Positions 1-9,264 of a stretch of DNA of 64,000 bases are shown one piece after another. This DNA comes from a virus. The notes under the pieces were generated by a model that had not been told where the DNA came from, searched no databases, and saw only the letters and a list, made by a program, of their open reading frames with translations. A program made the position numbers and the translations under genes. The stretch is from the IMG/VR virus record IMGVR_UViG_3300022602_000001, one strand, 5' to 3'. How positions within the stretch are numbered: position 1 is the stretch's first letter; each line of letters opens with the position of its first letter.

Positions 1-6
1 AAAGTT

Positions 7-471
7 ATGTACCAAGAAGTATACGGAGACCTGATTAAATTGACAAAAGACGGGCATTTTGACGTCATTACCCACGGTTGCAATTGCATGTGCAAAATGG
101 GAGCAGGGATTGCTCCACAGATGGCCAGAGCATTTGGATGCAACGGATACCCACTGGAAGAATTATCAACAGAGGGAGACATGGACAAATTGGGAAGGAT
201 CGACTGGAAGTACTACCCAATCTCTCCCAATAAAAGCGTAGCGGTGGTAAACTCTTACACACAGTACTCTCCAGCGCCATGGCTTAAGCCGTTGGACTAC
301 GAAGCGCTGACGCTCTGCATGAGAAAAATCAATCACGCATTCAAGGGAAAACATGTTGGACTTCCGCAAATAGGTGCCGGCCTGGCAGGAGGAGATTGGG
401 AAAGGATCAAACAAATAATACAAACGGAATTGAAGGACTGTAACACAACAGTTGTCATATTCAAAAAATAA
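7..471 (+). CDS. Macro-domain (ADP-ribose-binding/hydrolase) protein
   Basis: GDL...ITHGCNCMCKMGAGIA and PQIGAGLAGGDW macrodomain motifs. Confidence 0.85.
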   Translation: MYQEVYGDLIKLTKDGHFDVITHGCNCMCKMGAGIAPQMARAFGCNGYPLEELSTEGDMDKLGRIDWKYYPISPNKSVAVVNSYTQYSPAPWLKPLDYEALTLCMRKINHAFKGKHVGLPQIGAGLAGGDWERIKQIIQTELKDCNTTVVIFKK

Positions 472-476
472 AAATA

Positions 477-1268
477 ATGCCAGTACTGAACACGTTGCAG
501 AGTTATGGAAATGGTTTCCAAATAAAAGTGCTGTCCAGCCTATTGAAGCACAAGGAGTTTTTGCAAAACGTCAACGACATACTCAGCACAGACATGTTTG
601 ACTCCCCTGCGCACAAGTGGATAGTGTCCGAGACGCTCAGGTACTACCACAAGTACCACACGACCCCAACCATGGAGTCGCTTCAGGTGGAAGTAAAAAA
701 GATCGACAACGAGATTCTTAAAGTGGGAGTAATAGACCAGCTCAAGGAGTCCTTGAAGGCAATAAACGACGACAGGGAGTACATAGAGCAGGAGTTTGCA
801 AACTTTTGCAGAAACCAACAGTTGAAGAACGCAATACTTGAGTCGGTTAAGCTCCTTGAGAAGGGCGAGTACGAGGACATAAGGAGCATAATAAACACGG
901 CCGCAAAGGCCGGTCAGGACAAGACGATAGGCCACGAGTACGAAAAGGACCTGGAGACCCGCTACAGGCAGGAGCAGAGGTCGCCTATTCCCACTGCATG
1001 GCCCCAGGTGAACGAGCTGCTAATGGGAGGGCTTGGAGTGGGAGACCTAGGAATCATATTTGGAAATCCTGGAGGCGGAAAGTGCATTGGGCCTAACTCC
1101 ATAGTAGAAATAGAGTACGAAGAAATAGGCGTCGATGTGAACAACAACGGAAAGACAACGACCATTTGGTTTGATTCTTTTGCTGAGTTCAACATAGACG
1201 GAACGCACATGTGGGGGCACGAAGTAAAAAAGTTCTTTGAATTTGTTGAGGCCCAAAAATTAAATTAA
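477..1268 (+). CDS. DnaB/gp41-like replicative helicase, N-terminal part, fused to split-intein N-fragment (from Cys at 1083)
   Basis: Helicase N-domain then Walker A GNPGGGK immediately followed by intein block A CIGPNSIVEI. Confidence 0.85.
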   Translation: MPVLNTLQSYGNGFQIKVLSSLLKHKEFLQNVNDILSTDMFDSPAHKWIVSETLRYYHKYHTTPTMESLQVEVKKIDNEILKVGVIDQLKESLKAINDDREYIEQEFANFCRNQQLKNAILESVKLLEKGEYEDIRSIINTAAKAGQDKTIGHEYEKDLETRYRQEQRSPIPTAWPQVNELLMGGLGVGDLGIIFGNPGGGKCIGPNSIVEIEYEEIGVDVNNNGKTTTIWFDSFAEFNIDGTHMWGHEVKKFFEFVEAQKLN

Positions 1269-1278
1269 AAAGTTACAT

Positions 1279-2457
1279 ATGCTAAAGACCAGAAAAGTCC
1301 AGAGAAAAATTTCAATGGAAAATTTGTTCATGAAGTTGGCAATAGATCCCAGACCAAACAATGTTAGGCTGATTGATTTTCCCCTAAAGGTGAAGACTCC
1401 CCACGGCTACAAACAAATAGTCAATTTGTTCACCACTGAAAAACAAAAGAGGGTCACAACCTACTTCTCAAATGGAAAAACTCTGACCAGTTCAAACCAG
1501 CACTTGCTAAAAGTGGGAGAGGAGTGGAAAAAAGTCGAAGAGCTGCACAAGGGAGACTATGTGACAACAGAAAAGGGAACAACAAAAATAACAAAAAAAG
1601 TGCACCTCAAGAATGACAAAGTCCTCTACGACATGTCCGTTGACGAGGTCCACTGTTATTATTCAAACGGGTTGCTCTCGCACAACTCCTGGTGTTTGAT
1701 AAATTTGGGAGCAGCAGCAGTTAAGGCGGGATACACGGTCTGCCACTACACTCTTGAACTGTCGGAGGACTACGTTGGAAAGAGGTATGACGCCATATTT
1801 ACGGGAATTGATGCTCAGCAGATACACCTACACAAGGACAAGGTGGCCGAAGCAATAGAAAAGCTTCCCGGAAAGCTGATCATAAAAGAGTACCCCATGG
1901 GAAAGGTTGGACCAAACACCATTGAGTCCCACATTCAGAAGTGCAGAGACCTCAAGCACCCTCCCAATCTCGTTATAATAGACTACGTGGACCTTTTGAA
2001 GAGCAAAACAAGGTCCATAGATCCAAAGGACGCCATAGATGACGTGTACACTGCGGTGAAGGGGCTGGCAAGAGAGCTAAAAATACCAATATGGACCGTT
2101 TCCCAGGTTAATCGCATGGGTTCTAAGGACGATGTTATTGAGGGAGACAAGGCTGCAGGATCCTACAACAAGATGATGATCGCGGACTTTGCCATGTCTT
2201 TGTCAAGAAAACGTCAGGACAAGGTGAACGGCACTGGCAGGATCCACATAATGAAGAACAGGTACGGTGGAGATGGAATGACGTACGGTGCAAGAGTAAA
2301 CACTCATAACGGATCGATTGAAATAAACAGCGAAGAAATTGGAGATGAAGATTTAACATTTGACACTGGCCAAAAACAGCCCTTTCAGGGAAAAACAATG
2401 TTCACCCTGGACGAGAAGAGCTACCTGAACAAAAAATTCACAGAGCTGATTGGCTAG
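1279..2457 (+). CDS. Split-intein C-fragment (1279-1686) fused to helicase C-terminal part
   Basis: Intein blocks B (TSSNQH), F (LYDMSV..HCYYSNG), G (SHN/S), then helicase motifs TLELSE, VIIDYVDLL, SQVNR, KNRYG. Confidence 0.88.
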   Translation: MLKTRKVQRKISMENLFMKLAIDPRPNNVRLIDFPLKVKTPHGYKQIVNLFTTEKQKRVTTYFSNGKTLTSSNQHLLKVGEEWKKVEELHKGDYVTTEKGTTKITKKVHLKNDKVLYDMSVDEVHCYYSNGLLSHNSWCLINLGAAAVKAGYTVCHYTLELSEDYVGKRYDAIFTGIDAQQIHLHKDKVAEAIEKLPGKLIIKEYPMGKVGPNTIESHIQKCRDLKHPPNLVIIDYVDLLKSKTRSIDPKDAIDDVYTAVKGLARELKIPIWTVSQVNRMGSKDDVIEGDKAAGSYNKMMIADFAMSLSRKRQDKVNGTGRIHIMKNRYGGDGMTYGARVNTHNGSIEINSEEIGDEDLTFDTGQKQPFQGKTMFTLDEKSYLNKKFTELIG

Positions 2458-2512
2458 AGGAGAGGCAATTTTCTGAGGGTAGATCATATTTATTACAACA
2501 AAACAAACTCGC

Positions 2513-2719
2513 ATGTTTTTAATAGACATATTCAAAAAAGCAACAAAGGGCGACGCCTTCAGGCCGTCAGCCTCACCGGACAGATACACAGACAAGATCG
2601 CTGCCATGAACTCTGGAGGATCTGCCACACAGAACAACAACAAGATCACCACTCCAAATTTGGCCAAAATATCGAATTCTTCTCCTGGCAACAGCGCAGG
2701 AATTCTGCCTTCGGCCTAA
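2513..2719 (+). CDS. Hypothetical protein
   Basis: ORF with ATATTTATT motif and A-rich leader upstream. Confidence 0.55.
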   Translation: MFLIDIFKKATKGDAFRPSASPDRYTDKIAAMNSGGSATQNNNKITTPNLAKISNSSPGNSAGILPSA

Positions 2720-2810
2720 TTTTTGAATTTTAATCTACTGTCAACCGTCAATGGGTGCCAAAAGCAGACCAAACGGTTATCTATTTTTCTTAACTAAAAA
2801 ATTATTTTAA

Positions 2811-3785
2811 ATGTCAGTTTTTGACAAGAGGATAGCGTTTAAGCCATTTGAGTATCCTGAACTGTACGATTTTGTAGATGCAATAAATCACAGCTATTGG
2901 ATCCATACAGAGTACTCCTACGAGTCGGACATTCAGGACTTCCACGTGAACCTGAACGACGTGGAAAAGAACGCAGTGAAGAATGCCATGCTGGCAATAT
3001 CCCAAATTGAAATAAATGTAAAGAGGTTTTGGAGCAATCTGTACACTCAGTTTCCCAAGCCGGAGTTTGATGCTCTTGGAAACACCTTTGGGGAGTCAGA
3101 GGTGAGGCACAGCCGGGCGTACAGCCACGTGCTGGAGCTGCTTGGGTTCAACAACGCATTCGACGAGATGATCGACAATCCAGTGATTCAGGGAAGGATC
3201 GACTACCTGACTAAGTACCTAAAAAATGCAGGGTCAAACAACAAGGAGCTGTACACGCTCACGCTGGCCCTTTTTTCTTTGTTTGTTGAGAACTGCTCCC
3301 TGTTCAGCCAATTTTACATCATAAAGTCATTCAACAAGCAGAAAAACACGTTCAAAGGAATCGACAACGTCATAGCTGCAACCATGAAAGAGGAAAAGCT
3401 CCATGGAATGGCAGGCGCATACATCATAAACCTAATAAGGAAGGAGAATCCAGAGTGGTTCAACGAGGACTTTTTTAAGACTGTGGAAAGGGCGTGCAAA
3501 AAGGCCTACGCAGCAGAGGAAAAAATAATAGACTGGATCTTTGAACTGGGAGAATTGACTTTTTTGTCCAAAAAAAATGTCCTAGAATTCACAAAGAACA
3601 GGTTCAATGAGTCGCTAAAGATGATAGGCGCACAAGAAGTCTTTGAGATAGACAAAAAGCTGCTGAAGGGATCTGAGTGGTTCAATGTGGAAGTGGACTC
3701 AGAGACTCACACTGACTTCTTTCACAAGACTCCAACTGCCTACCAAAAAAAGGCACAGTCAATAAACGCAGAGGACATTTTTTAA
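2811..3785 (+). CDS. nrdB: Ribonucleotide reductase class I beta subunit
   Basis: KPFEYP, ExRHSRAY, FVEN, EExLH di-iron ligands, C-terminal DFF...Y. Confidence 0.93.
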   Translation: MSVFDKRIAFKPFEYPELYDFVDAINHSYWIHTEYSYESDIQDFHVNLNDVEKNAVKNAMLAISQIEINVKRFWSNLYTQFPKPEFDALGNTFGESEVRHSRAYSHVLELLGFNNAFDEMIDNPVIQGRIDYLTKYLKNAGSNNKELYTLTLALFSLFVENCSLFSQFYIIKSFNKQKNTFKGIDNVIAATMKEEKLHGMAGAYIINLIRKENPEWFNEDFFKTVERACKKAYAAEEKIIDWIFELGELTFLSKKNVLEFTKNRFNESLKMIGAQEVFEIDKKLLKGSEWFNVEVDSETHTDFFHKTPTAYQKKAQSINAEDIF

Positions 3786-3797
3786 AAAAACAATACT

Positions 3798-5438
3798 ATG
3801 GAAATTAGATGGCTGAATGAGCACTCCAAAGCATTTTTGGAGAAGGACTACCTGCTTCCTGGACAAACGGTGCAGGAGAGGCTAAAGGTGATAGGAGACG
3901 CTGCAGAGAGGATTTTGGGGATGGAGGGGTATGGAGAAAAGCTTCAGAGGTACGTGTCAAATGGATGGATAAGTCTGAGCACTCCCATGTGGACGAACTT
4001 TGGAGTTGACAGGGGGCTCCCCATAAGCTGCTTTGGAGTTCACGTGGACGACAGCGTAGAGAGCATACTCAGCTCGGTCGCAGAGATAGGCACAATGAGC
4101 AAGCACGGAGGGGGCACGTCAGGATACTTTGGCGCTCTCAGGCCAAGGGGATCTGAAATAAAAAACAATGGCCACAGCAATGGATCAAAGGCGTTCCTTG
4201 AGCTCTTTCAATCATGCGCCCAGTCGATGAACCAGGGGTCCGTTAGAAGGGGATACTTTTCAGCATATCAGGACATAAGCCACCCAGACTTTGAGGAGTG
4301 GCTAAACATAAGAGCAGAGGGAGATCCAATACAGCACATCACCTGGGGAGCGTGCGTCTCAGACGAGTGGCTCAAGTCGATGAGGGACGGAGACGCCAAA
4401 AAAAGAAAGATTTGGGCAAGGGTGATCCAAAAGAAGTTTGAAACTGGTCTTCCTTACATATTTTTCACAGACAACGCAAACAATCATGAGTCCGTTCCAG
4501 AAGTTTACAGAGGAAAAGGCAAAATATTAAGTTCACAAATGTGCAGTGAAATCATGCTACCGGCTGACAACACCCAATCGTTTGTGTGCGACCTGGGCTC
4601 GATGAACGACTTCTACTACGACGAGTGGAAGGACACGGACTGCGTAGAGGTGCTGACATTCTTGCTGGACGCAGCAATGACAGAGTTCATAGAGAAGGCG
4701 TCAAAGATAAAGTTCCTTTCCAGGGCAGTTGAGTTTTCCAAAAAGCACAGAGCCATTGGAATAGGCAGGCTGGGGTACCACTCCATGCTGCAGAGCAGGA
4801 TGATTCCCTTTGAGAGCCTTCTGGCAAGAAATCTAAACATAGAAATCCAAAGGAACATCCAGGAAAATTCAATGAAGGCTTCCAAGAAGCTGGCTGAGCT
4901 GTTTGGAGAGTGCGAAATGACGAAAGGGCTGGGCAGAAGGAACACAACAACCCAAGCAATAGCTCCAACGACCTCGTCCGCCTTCATAATGCAAGTGTCC
5001 CAGAGCATAGAGCCGTGGATGAGCAACTACATGATCAAGGACCTTTCCAAGGGAAAGTTTGTTATTAAGAACGTGTTCCTGGAGAGGCTGTTGCAACAGT
5101 TGGGAAAAAACACCGACGAGGTCTGGGAGAGCATACAGAAGCAGCAGGGAAGCGTCTTGCATTTGGACTTCCTGACGGACGATGAAAAGCTAGTGTTCAA
5201 AACAGCAAGGGAGATCTCCCAGACGGAGATAGTGGTTCAGGCGGCCCACAGGCAAAAGTACATAGATCAGGGGCAGTCTCTGAACCTCCTCATAACTGCA
5301 GACACAAAGGCAAAGGAGGTAAACGAGCTCATCCTCCTTGCCCACGATATGGGACTCAAGTCGCTGTACTACCAGCACAACATATCAAAGGCTTCTGAGT
5401 TCGCAAAGAACTTCAACCACTGCGTTGCGTGCGAGTAG
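3798..5438 (+). CDS. nrdA: Ribonucleotide reductase class I alpha subunit (short, no ATP cone)
   Basis: PISCF, GGGT, CSEI, AIAPTTSS, DQGQSLN, KSLYY, C-terminal CVACE. Confidence 0.93.
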   Translation: MEIRWLNEHSKAFLEKDYLLPGQTVQERLKVIGDAAERILGMEGYGEKLQRYVSNGWISLSTPMWTNFGVDRGLPISCFGVHVDDSVESILSSVAEIGTMSKHGGGTSGYFGALRPRGSEIKNNGHSNGSKAFLELFQSCAQSMNQGSVRRGYFSAYQDISHPDFEEWLNIRAEGDPIQHITWGACVSDEWLKSMRDGDAKKRKIWARVIQKKFETGLPYIFFTDNANNHESVPEVYRGKGKILSSQMCSEIMLPADNTQSFVCDLGSMNDFYYDEWKDTDCVEVLTFLLDAAMTEFIEKASKIKFLSRAVEFSKKHRAIGIGRLGYHSMLQSRMIPFESLLARNLNIEIQRNIQENSMKASKKLAELFGECEMTKGLGRRNTTTQAIAPTTSSAFIMQVSQSIEPWMSNYMIKDLSKGKFVIKNVFLERLLQQLGKNTDEVWESIQKQQGSVLHLDFLTDDEKLVFKTAREISQTEIVVQAAHRQKYIDQGQSLNLLITADTKAKEVNELILLAHDMGLKSLYYQHNISKASEFAKNFNHCVACE

Positions 5439-5494
5439 TTTCTAACATGAGTTTTAAATTTTTATTGATAAATTTTAATTAATAAATTACAGTT

Positions 5495-5701
5495 ATGGAA
5501 AAACAGGACTTTTACCTTTTGATTGTCATCATTCTGTTCGTCATCCAATTGTACCAGATGATCTTAATAGACAGAATAAAGAAGGAGCTTGACCAGCTTT
5601 GGGACCAAATCAGTTTGTTGACGGCCATAACGTCGGCAAAATTGGTGGACGCACTGCTAAAAAAGAAGGAGGAAATAGATGGAAAAGGAAAAGAAGCCTA
5701 A
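5495..5701 (+). CDS. Small membrane-anchored hypothetical protein
   Basis: Hydrophobic N-terminal helix. Confidence 0.6.
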   Translation: MEKQDFYLLIVIILFVIQLYQMILIDRIKKELDQLWDQISLLTAITSAKLVDALLKKKEEIDGKGKEA

Positions 5702-5861
5702 GGGGCTTGGAGATACGGTGGCAAAGATAACACACGCACTCAAGTTGGACGAGCTGGCCCACACCGTGGCAGAGCTGACAGGAAAGGAGGACTGCGGCTG
5801 CTCAAGGAGGCAGGAGAAGCTAAACGAAATGTTTCCTTACAAGAGCAAGGAGTCGGAGTAA
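5679..5861 (+). CDS. Conserved phage hypothetical protein
   Basis: KGLGDTV...DCGC..RQEKLN..FPY pattern typical of small phage proteins. Confidence 0.65.
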   Translation: MEKEKKPKGLGDTVAKITHALKLDELAHTVAELTGKEDCGCSRRQEKLNEMFPYKSKESE

Positions 5862-5880
5862 AACAAACAAAAAAAAGGTC

Positions 5881-8184
5881 ATGCAAAAAAGTTACGTCCT
5901 TGTCAACACCATAGAATTGGCCCAGCAGATGACTCGTCACATTTTGGAGAACGACGTCATTGCATTTGACACGGAGACCACGTCCCTGAATCCAAGGAAG
6001 GGAGAAATTATAGGCTGGTCTATCTCTGCAGAGCCTGGAGTTGGGTACTATCTGCCAACAAAAATTTACCAAGACGGAGAACTGGTGGACGCTCTGATAG
6101 ACGGCCACTCTGCTCACGACATCTCAGTGAAGATGATCAAGATGCTGGTGGGCAAAAAAATAATTGGTCATAATTTTTCTTTTGACGTGAGATACGTCAA
6201 GAACTATTTTGGGGTGGACCTTCTGTCCTCTCTGTACGCGGACACCATTCTTTTGGTGCACACGGTGAACGAGGAGGGCGCTGGGTTTGGCACCAATTCC
6301 CCATTTGGCTTGAAGAGCATAGCAAAGTCCATACAGGAAGAGCTCGGGCTTGACCTTGACAAGGAGGCAAACGAGGAGCAGGTTGAGCTCAAAAACTCAA
6401 TAAAGCAGAACGGCGGGTCTGTGACAAAGGACGACTACGAAATATGGAAGGCAGACATAGACGTTCTTTCAAAGTATGCTGCTGCGGACACGGATCTAAC
6501 GCTTAGAATTTACAACCATTTCATAAAGGAACTGTACAGACAGGATCTTCAGGACTTCTTCTTTGAATCGGAGGTGATGCCCCTCTACAAAGAGGTCACC
6601 ATACCAATGGAGGAGAGGGGGATAAAGCTCGACATGGACCTAATTGTCAGAACAAGGGATGAAATTTCTTTGTCCCTGGAGGAGTACAAAACAAAAGTTG
6701 TCAATGGGCTGATGGACCTTGCAGAGGTCAAGCACTGGATAATGACAAAAGCCGCAACTGCATTTCCTGCAAACAACAGGGGAGCTTTTGCAGTTGAACT
6801 GATAAAGCAGAGCGGACTGGAGTTTCCAAAGTCGGAAAAGACGGGAAAGTATAACGTGTCCAACGCAAACATACACCGCATGGAGGAGAGCAGCGTAAAG
6901 CAATTCCTCCTGCACGGAGACAAAGAAATTTTGGACAGCGACACAGTTACAAAAGTTCAGTTGAAGCTGTGGAGGCAGTCCAACGACGACACTTGGTTCA
7001 ACATTCAGTCCAAGGACCAGATGGGGGAGATTGCGTTCAAGGCTCTTGGAATAAAGTACAAGTCCGTTACAAAGACCGGGAAGCCCCAGTTTGACGACGA
7101 CGTGATTCAGGAAATAGCAGATAAGGAGGAGTGGGCAAAAAACTTAAGAATATACAACAGGCTGCTGAAGATAAAGTCCACCTACGTGGACAGGTTTCTA
7201 GAGGGCCAAGAGGATGGTAGGTACTACTTCAGCTACAAGCAGCACGGCACAGTTTCGGGAAGGTATGGATCGGACGCCCAACAGCTCCCAAGAACCAAGG
7301 AGGAGGGGGACGACGATCCTATTGTGGTGGAGTACAACAATCGAGTGAGAGCATTTTTTGTTGCTGAAGAAAACAACGTATTCATAGACGACGACTACAC
7401 CTCGCTGGAGCCGGTGGTTTTCTCCCACGTGTCTGGAGACGACGGCCTAAAGGACATTTTCAGAAATGGGTGGGACTTCTACTCAACAATTGCAATAAAA
7501 ACAGAGAAGTTGAACGAGTACTCCCCAGACAAGAAGGCGGACAACTACCTTAGAAAGCTGGCTCCAAAGCTAAGAAACAAGGCAAAGGCGTACTCGCTGG
7601 GAATTCCTTACGGAATGTCCCCCTACGCCCTTGGAAAGACCCTTGAAATATCCACCAAAGAGGCAAAAAAGCTGGTTGACGGCTATCTGGGAGGATTTCC
7701 AAAGCTGAAGAAGTGGATGGAAGACTCAACTGCCTACGCAAAGGAGCACGGGTACATAAAGACTCAGGTCGGGCGAATAAGGCACCTACCAAAGGTGAAG
7801 GAGATATACACTGCAGTTGGAGACGCTCTTTTGGACTGGGACCTTAGAAAGCAGCTGTCGTACCAGTTCGGAGAGGAGAAGATTAAAAACTTGTACAGGG
7901 ACTACAAGAATGGCCTGAACAACTCTCTCAACGTTCAGATACAAGGACTGGCTGCTTCCATTGTAAATCGAGCGGCCATAGCAATAAACAGAGAGTTCAA
8001 GAGGATGGGAATCGACGGGTGGGTGTGCGCTCAGGTGCACGACCAATTGCTGATCGAGGTCCTTGAGAGCCAGCGCAAGGAGGCAGCCCAAATTGTCCAG
8101 GACAAGATGGAGAACACGACAAAGTTGGACATAGACCTGATCGCAGTTCCACAGTTCTCAAAGAACATGAGGGACGGCCACTAG
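5881..8184 (+). CDS. polA: Family A DNA polymerase with 3'-5' exonuclease
   Basis: Exo motifs DTETT, HNFSFD, YAAAD; TVSGR; motif A DYTSLE; motif B R..AKAYSLGIPYG; motif C QVHD. Confidence 0.93.
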   Translation: MQKSYVLVNTIELAQQMTRHILENDVIAFDTETTSLNPRKGEIIGWSISAEPGVGYYLPTKIYQDGELVDALIDGHSAHDISVKMIKMLVGKKIIGHNFSFDVRYVKNYFGVDLLSSLYADTILLVHTVNEEGAGFGTNSPFGLKSIAKSIQEELGLDLDKEANEEQVELKNSIKQNGGSVTKDDYEIWKADIDVLSKYAAADTDLTLRIYNHFIKELYRQDLQDFFFESEVMPLYKEVTIPMEERGIKLDMDLIVRTRDEISLSLEEYKTKVVNGLMDLAEVKHWIMTKAATAFPANNRGAFAVELIKQSGLEFPKSEKTGKYNVSNANIHRMEESSVKQFLLHGDKEILDSDTVTKVQLKLWRQSNDDTWFNIQSKDQMGEIAFKALGIKYKSVTKTGKPQFDDDVIQEIADKEEWAKNLRIYNRLLKIKSTYVDRFLEGQEDGRYYFSYKQHGTVSGRYGSDAQQLPRTKEEGDDDPIVVEYNNRVRAFFVAEENNVFIDDDYTSLEPVVFSHVSGDDGLKDIFRNGWDFYSTIAIKTEKLNEYSPDKKADNYLRKLAPKLRNKAKAYSLGIPYGMSPYALGKTLEISTKEAKKLVDGYLGGFPKLKKWMEDSTAYAKEHGYIKTQVGRIRHLPKVKEIYTAVGDALLDWDLRKQLSYQFGEEKIKNLYRDYKNGLNNSLNVQIQGLAASIVNRAAIAINREFKRMGIDGWVCAQVHDQLLIEVLESQRKEAAQIVQDKMENTTKLDIDLIAVPQFSKNMRDGH

Positions 8185-8234
8185 AATTTTAAATTTTTTT
8201 GCAGAGCAAATTTCTGTATATTTATTAGAAACAA

Positions 8235-8765
8235 GGTACTTGGTAGGCCTTAGGTTGCAAAAGAAACACTAACCGTTCACCGCAAGGGAACACAAAACTA
8301 AAAAAAAATGACTTACACACTGAGACCATTTGAACTGGATCCGTTTGATCTTCTGTGGAAGGACCTGCTGGACACCCAATCCCACTTTTCTTCCATCACG
8401 CAAAAAGTAACGCACCCCGTGGACATTTTTGAGACAAAAAAGGGCATTACCATAGAGGTTGCCGCAGTCGGACTTGAGAAGGACGACATAAACATAATCG
8501 TCGAGGGGGACCAACTAAAAATAACCTACGAAAAACCAAAGGACGAAGAATCCACCGCCCTGTACAGGGGAATAAAGAGGTCGTCGTTCAATCTGAGCTG
8601 GAAGATAGCTTCCAAGTTTGACCTTTCCAAGCTAACGGCTTCCCTGGACAAGGGGCTGCTAATCCTGTCGATACCAGTCGCAGAGGGCAAAGAGCCAAAG
8701 AGAGTTGAGATACACACAGCAAAGCAGCTGTTAAAGGACTAATTTAAAAGAGCCTGCCAAGTACC
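8235..8765 (+). repeat. 14-nt inverted repeat pair (8235-8248 / 8752-8765) bracketing the hsp20 gene
   Basis: GGTACTTGGTAGGC and GCCTGCCAAGTACC pair fully with one G-U. Confidence 0.8.
8308..8742 (+). CDS. Small heat-shock protein (Hsp20/alpha-crystallin)
   Basis: PVDIFE, A.VG..K.DI, YRGI..SSF, A.LDKGLL.LSIP. Confidence 0.92.
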   Translation: MTYTLRPFELDPFDLLWKDLLDTQSHFSSITQKVTHPVDIFETKKGITIEVAAVGLEKDDINIIVEGDQLKITYEKPKDEESTALYRGIKRSSFNLSWKIASKFDLSKLTASLDKGLLILSIPVAEGKEPKRVEIHTAKQLLKD

Positions 8766-8770
8766 AAGTT

Positions 8771-8962
8771 ATGTTTTCAATTTCAAAAAATTTCATCAGA
8801 GTCAACGACACTCTTTTTCACGTCAAAAAAACTTTCCTCGAAGAGAGAATAAAGAACGTAGACGCTGCAAAGGAGCTGTTCGGGTGCACGCACGTCTTCA
8901 AGAAGGACGAAACGCTTTATTTTACAGAAGAGGTGCCAGAGGCACAGACAACAACAGAATAA
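8771..8962 (+). CDS. Hypothetical protein
   Basis: ORF tightly packed between hsp20 and groES. Confidence 0.6.
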   Translation: MFSISKNFIRVNDTLFHVKKTFLEERIKNVDAAKELFGCTHVFKKDETLYFTEEVPEAQTTTE

Positions 8963-8966
8963 ATTT

Positions 8967-9260
8967 ATGAGTAAATTAAATCCAAAGAACGGTTTCGTTG
9001 TTTTGAAACCCATCGAGGAGCAGGAGCAGACCTACGGAAACATAGTGATCCCTGACCTCGGAAAAGAGCGCCCAGAAATGGGGGAGGTAATTGCAACCAG
9101 CAGGACCTACAACTGGCACAGGGGAGAGTTCGTGGAGTCGCAGTTTGAGGTGGGACAGAAGGTCCTGATACCAAAGATGGGCACCATGAAAATATCCATG
9201 GAAGGAGAAGAGTATTTTTTAACAAAAGACACAGAGATACTTTCTGTGGTGGAGAATTAA
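8967..9260 (+). CDS. groES: Co-chaperonin GroES
   Basis: LNPKNGFVVL, GNIVIPD..KERP..GEVIA, VGQKVL; adjacent to groEL. Confidence 0.9.
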   Translation: MSKLNPKNGFVVLKPIEEQEQTYGNIVIPDLGKERPEMGEVIATSRTYNWHRGEFVESQFEVGQKVLIPKMGTMKISMEGEEYFLTKDTEILSVVEN

Positions 9261-9264
9261 GACT

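Noticed and set aside
7570-7615. PolA motif B Leu at the position equivalent to E. coli F762 as a lifestyle marker
   Set aside because: Common phage variant; no integrase or repressor evidence in the window
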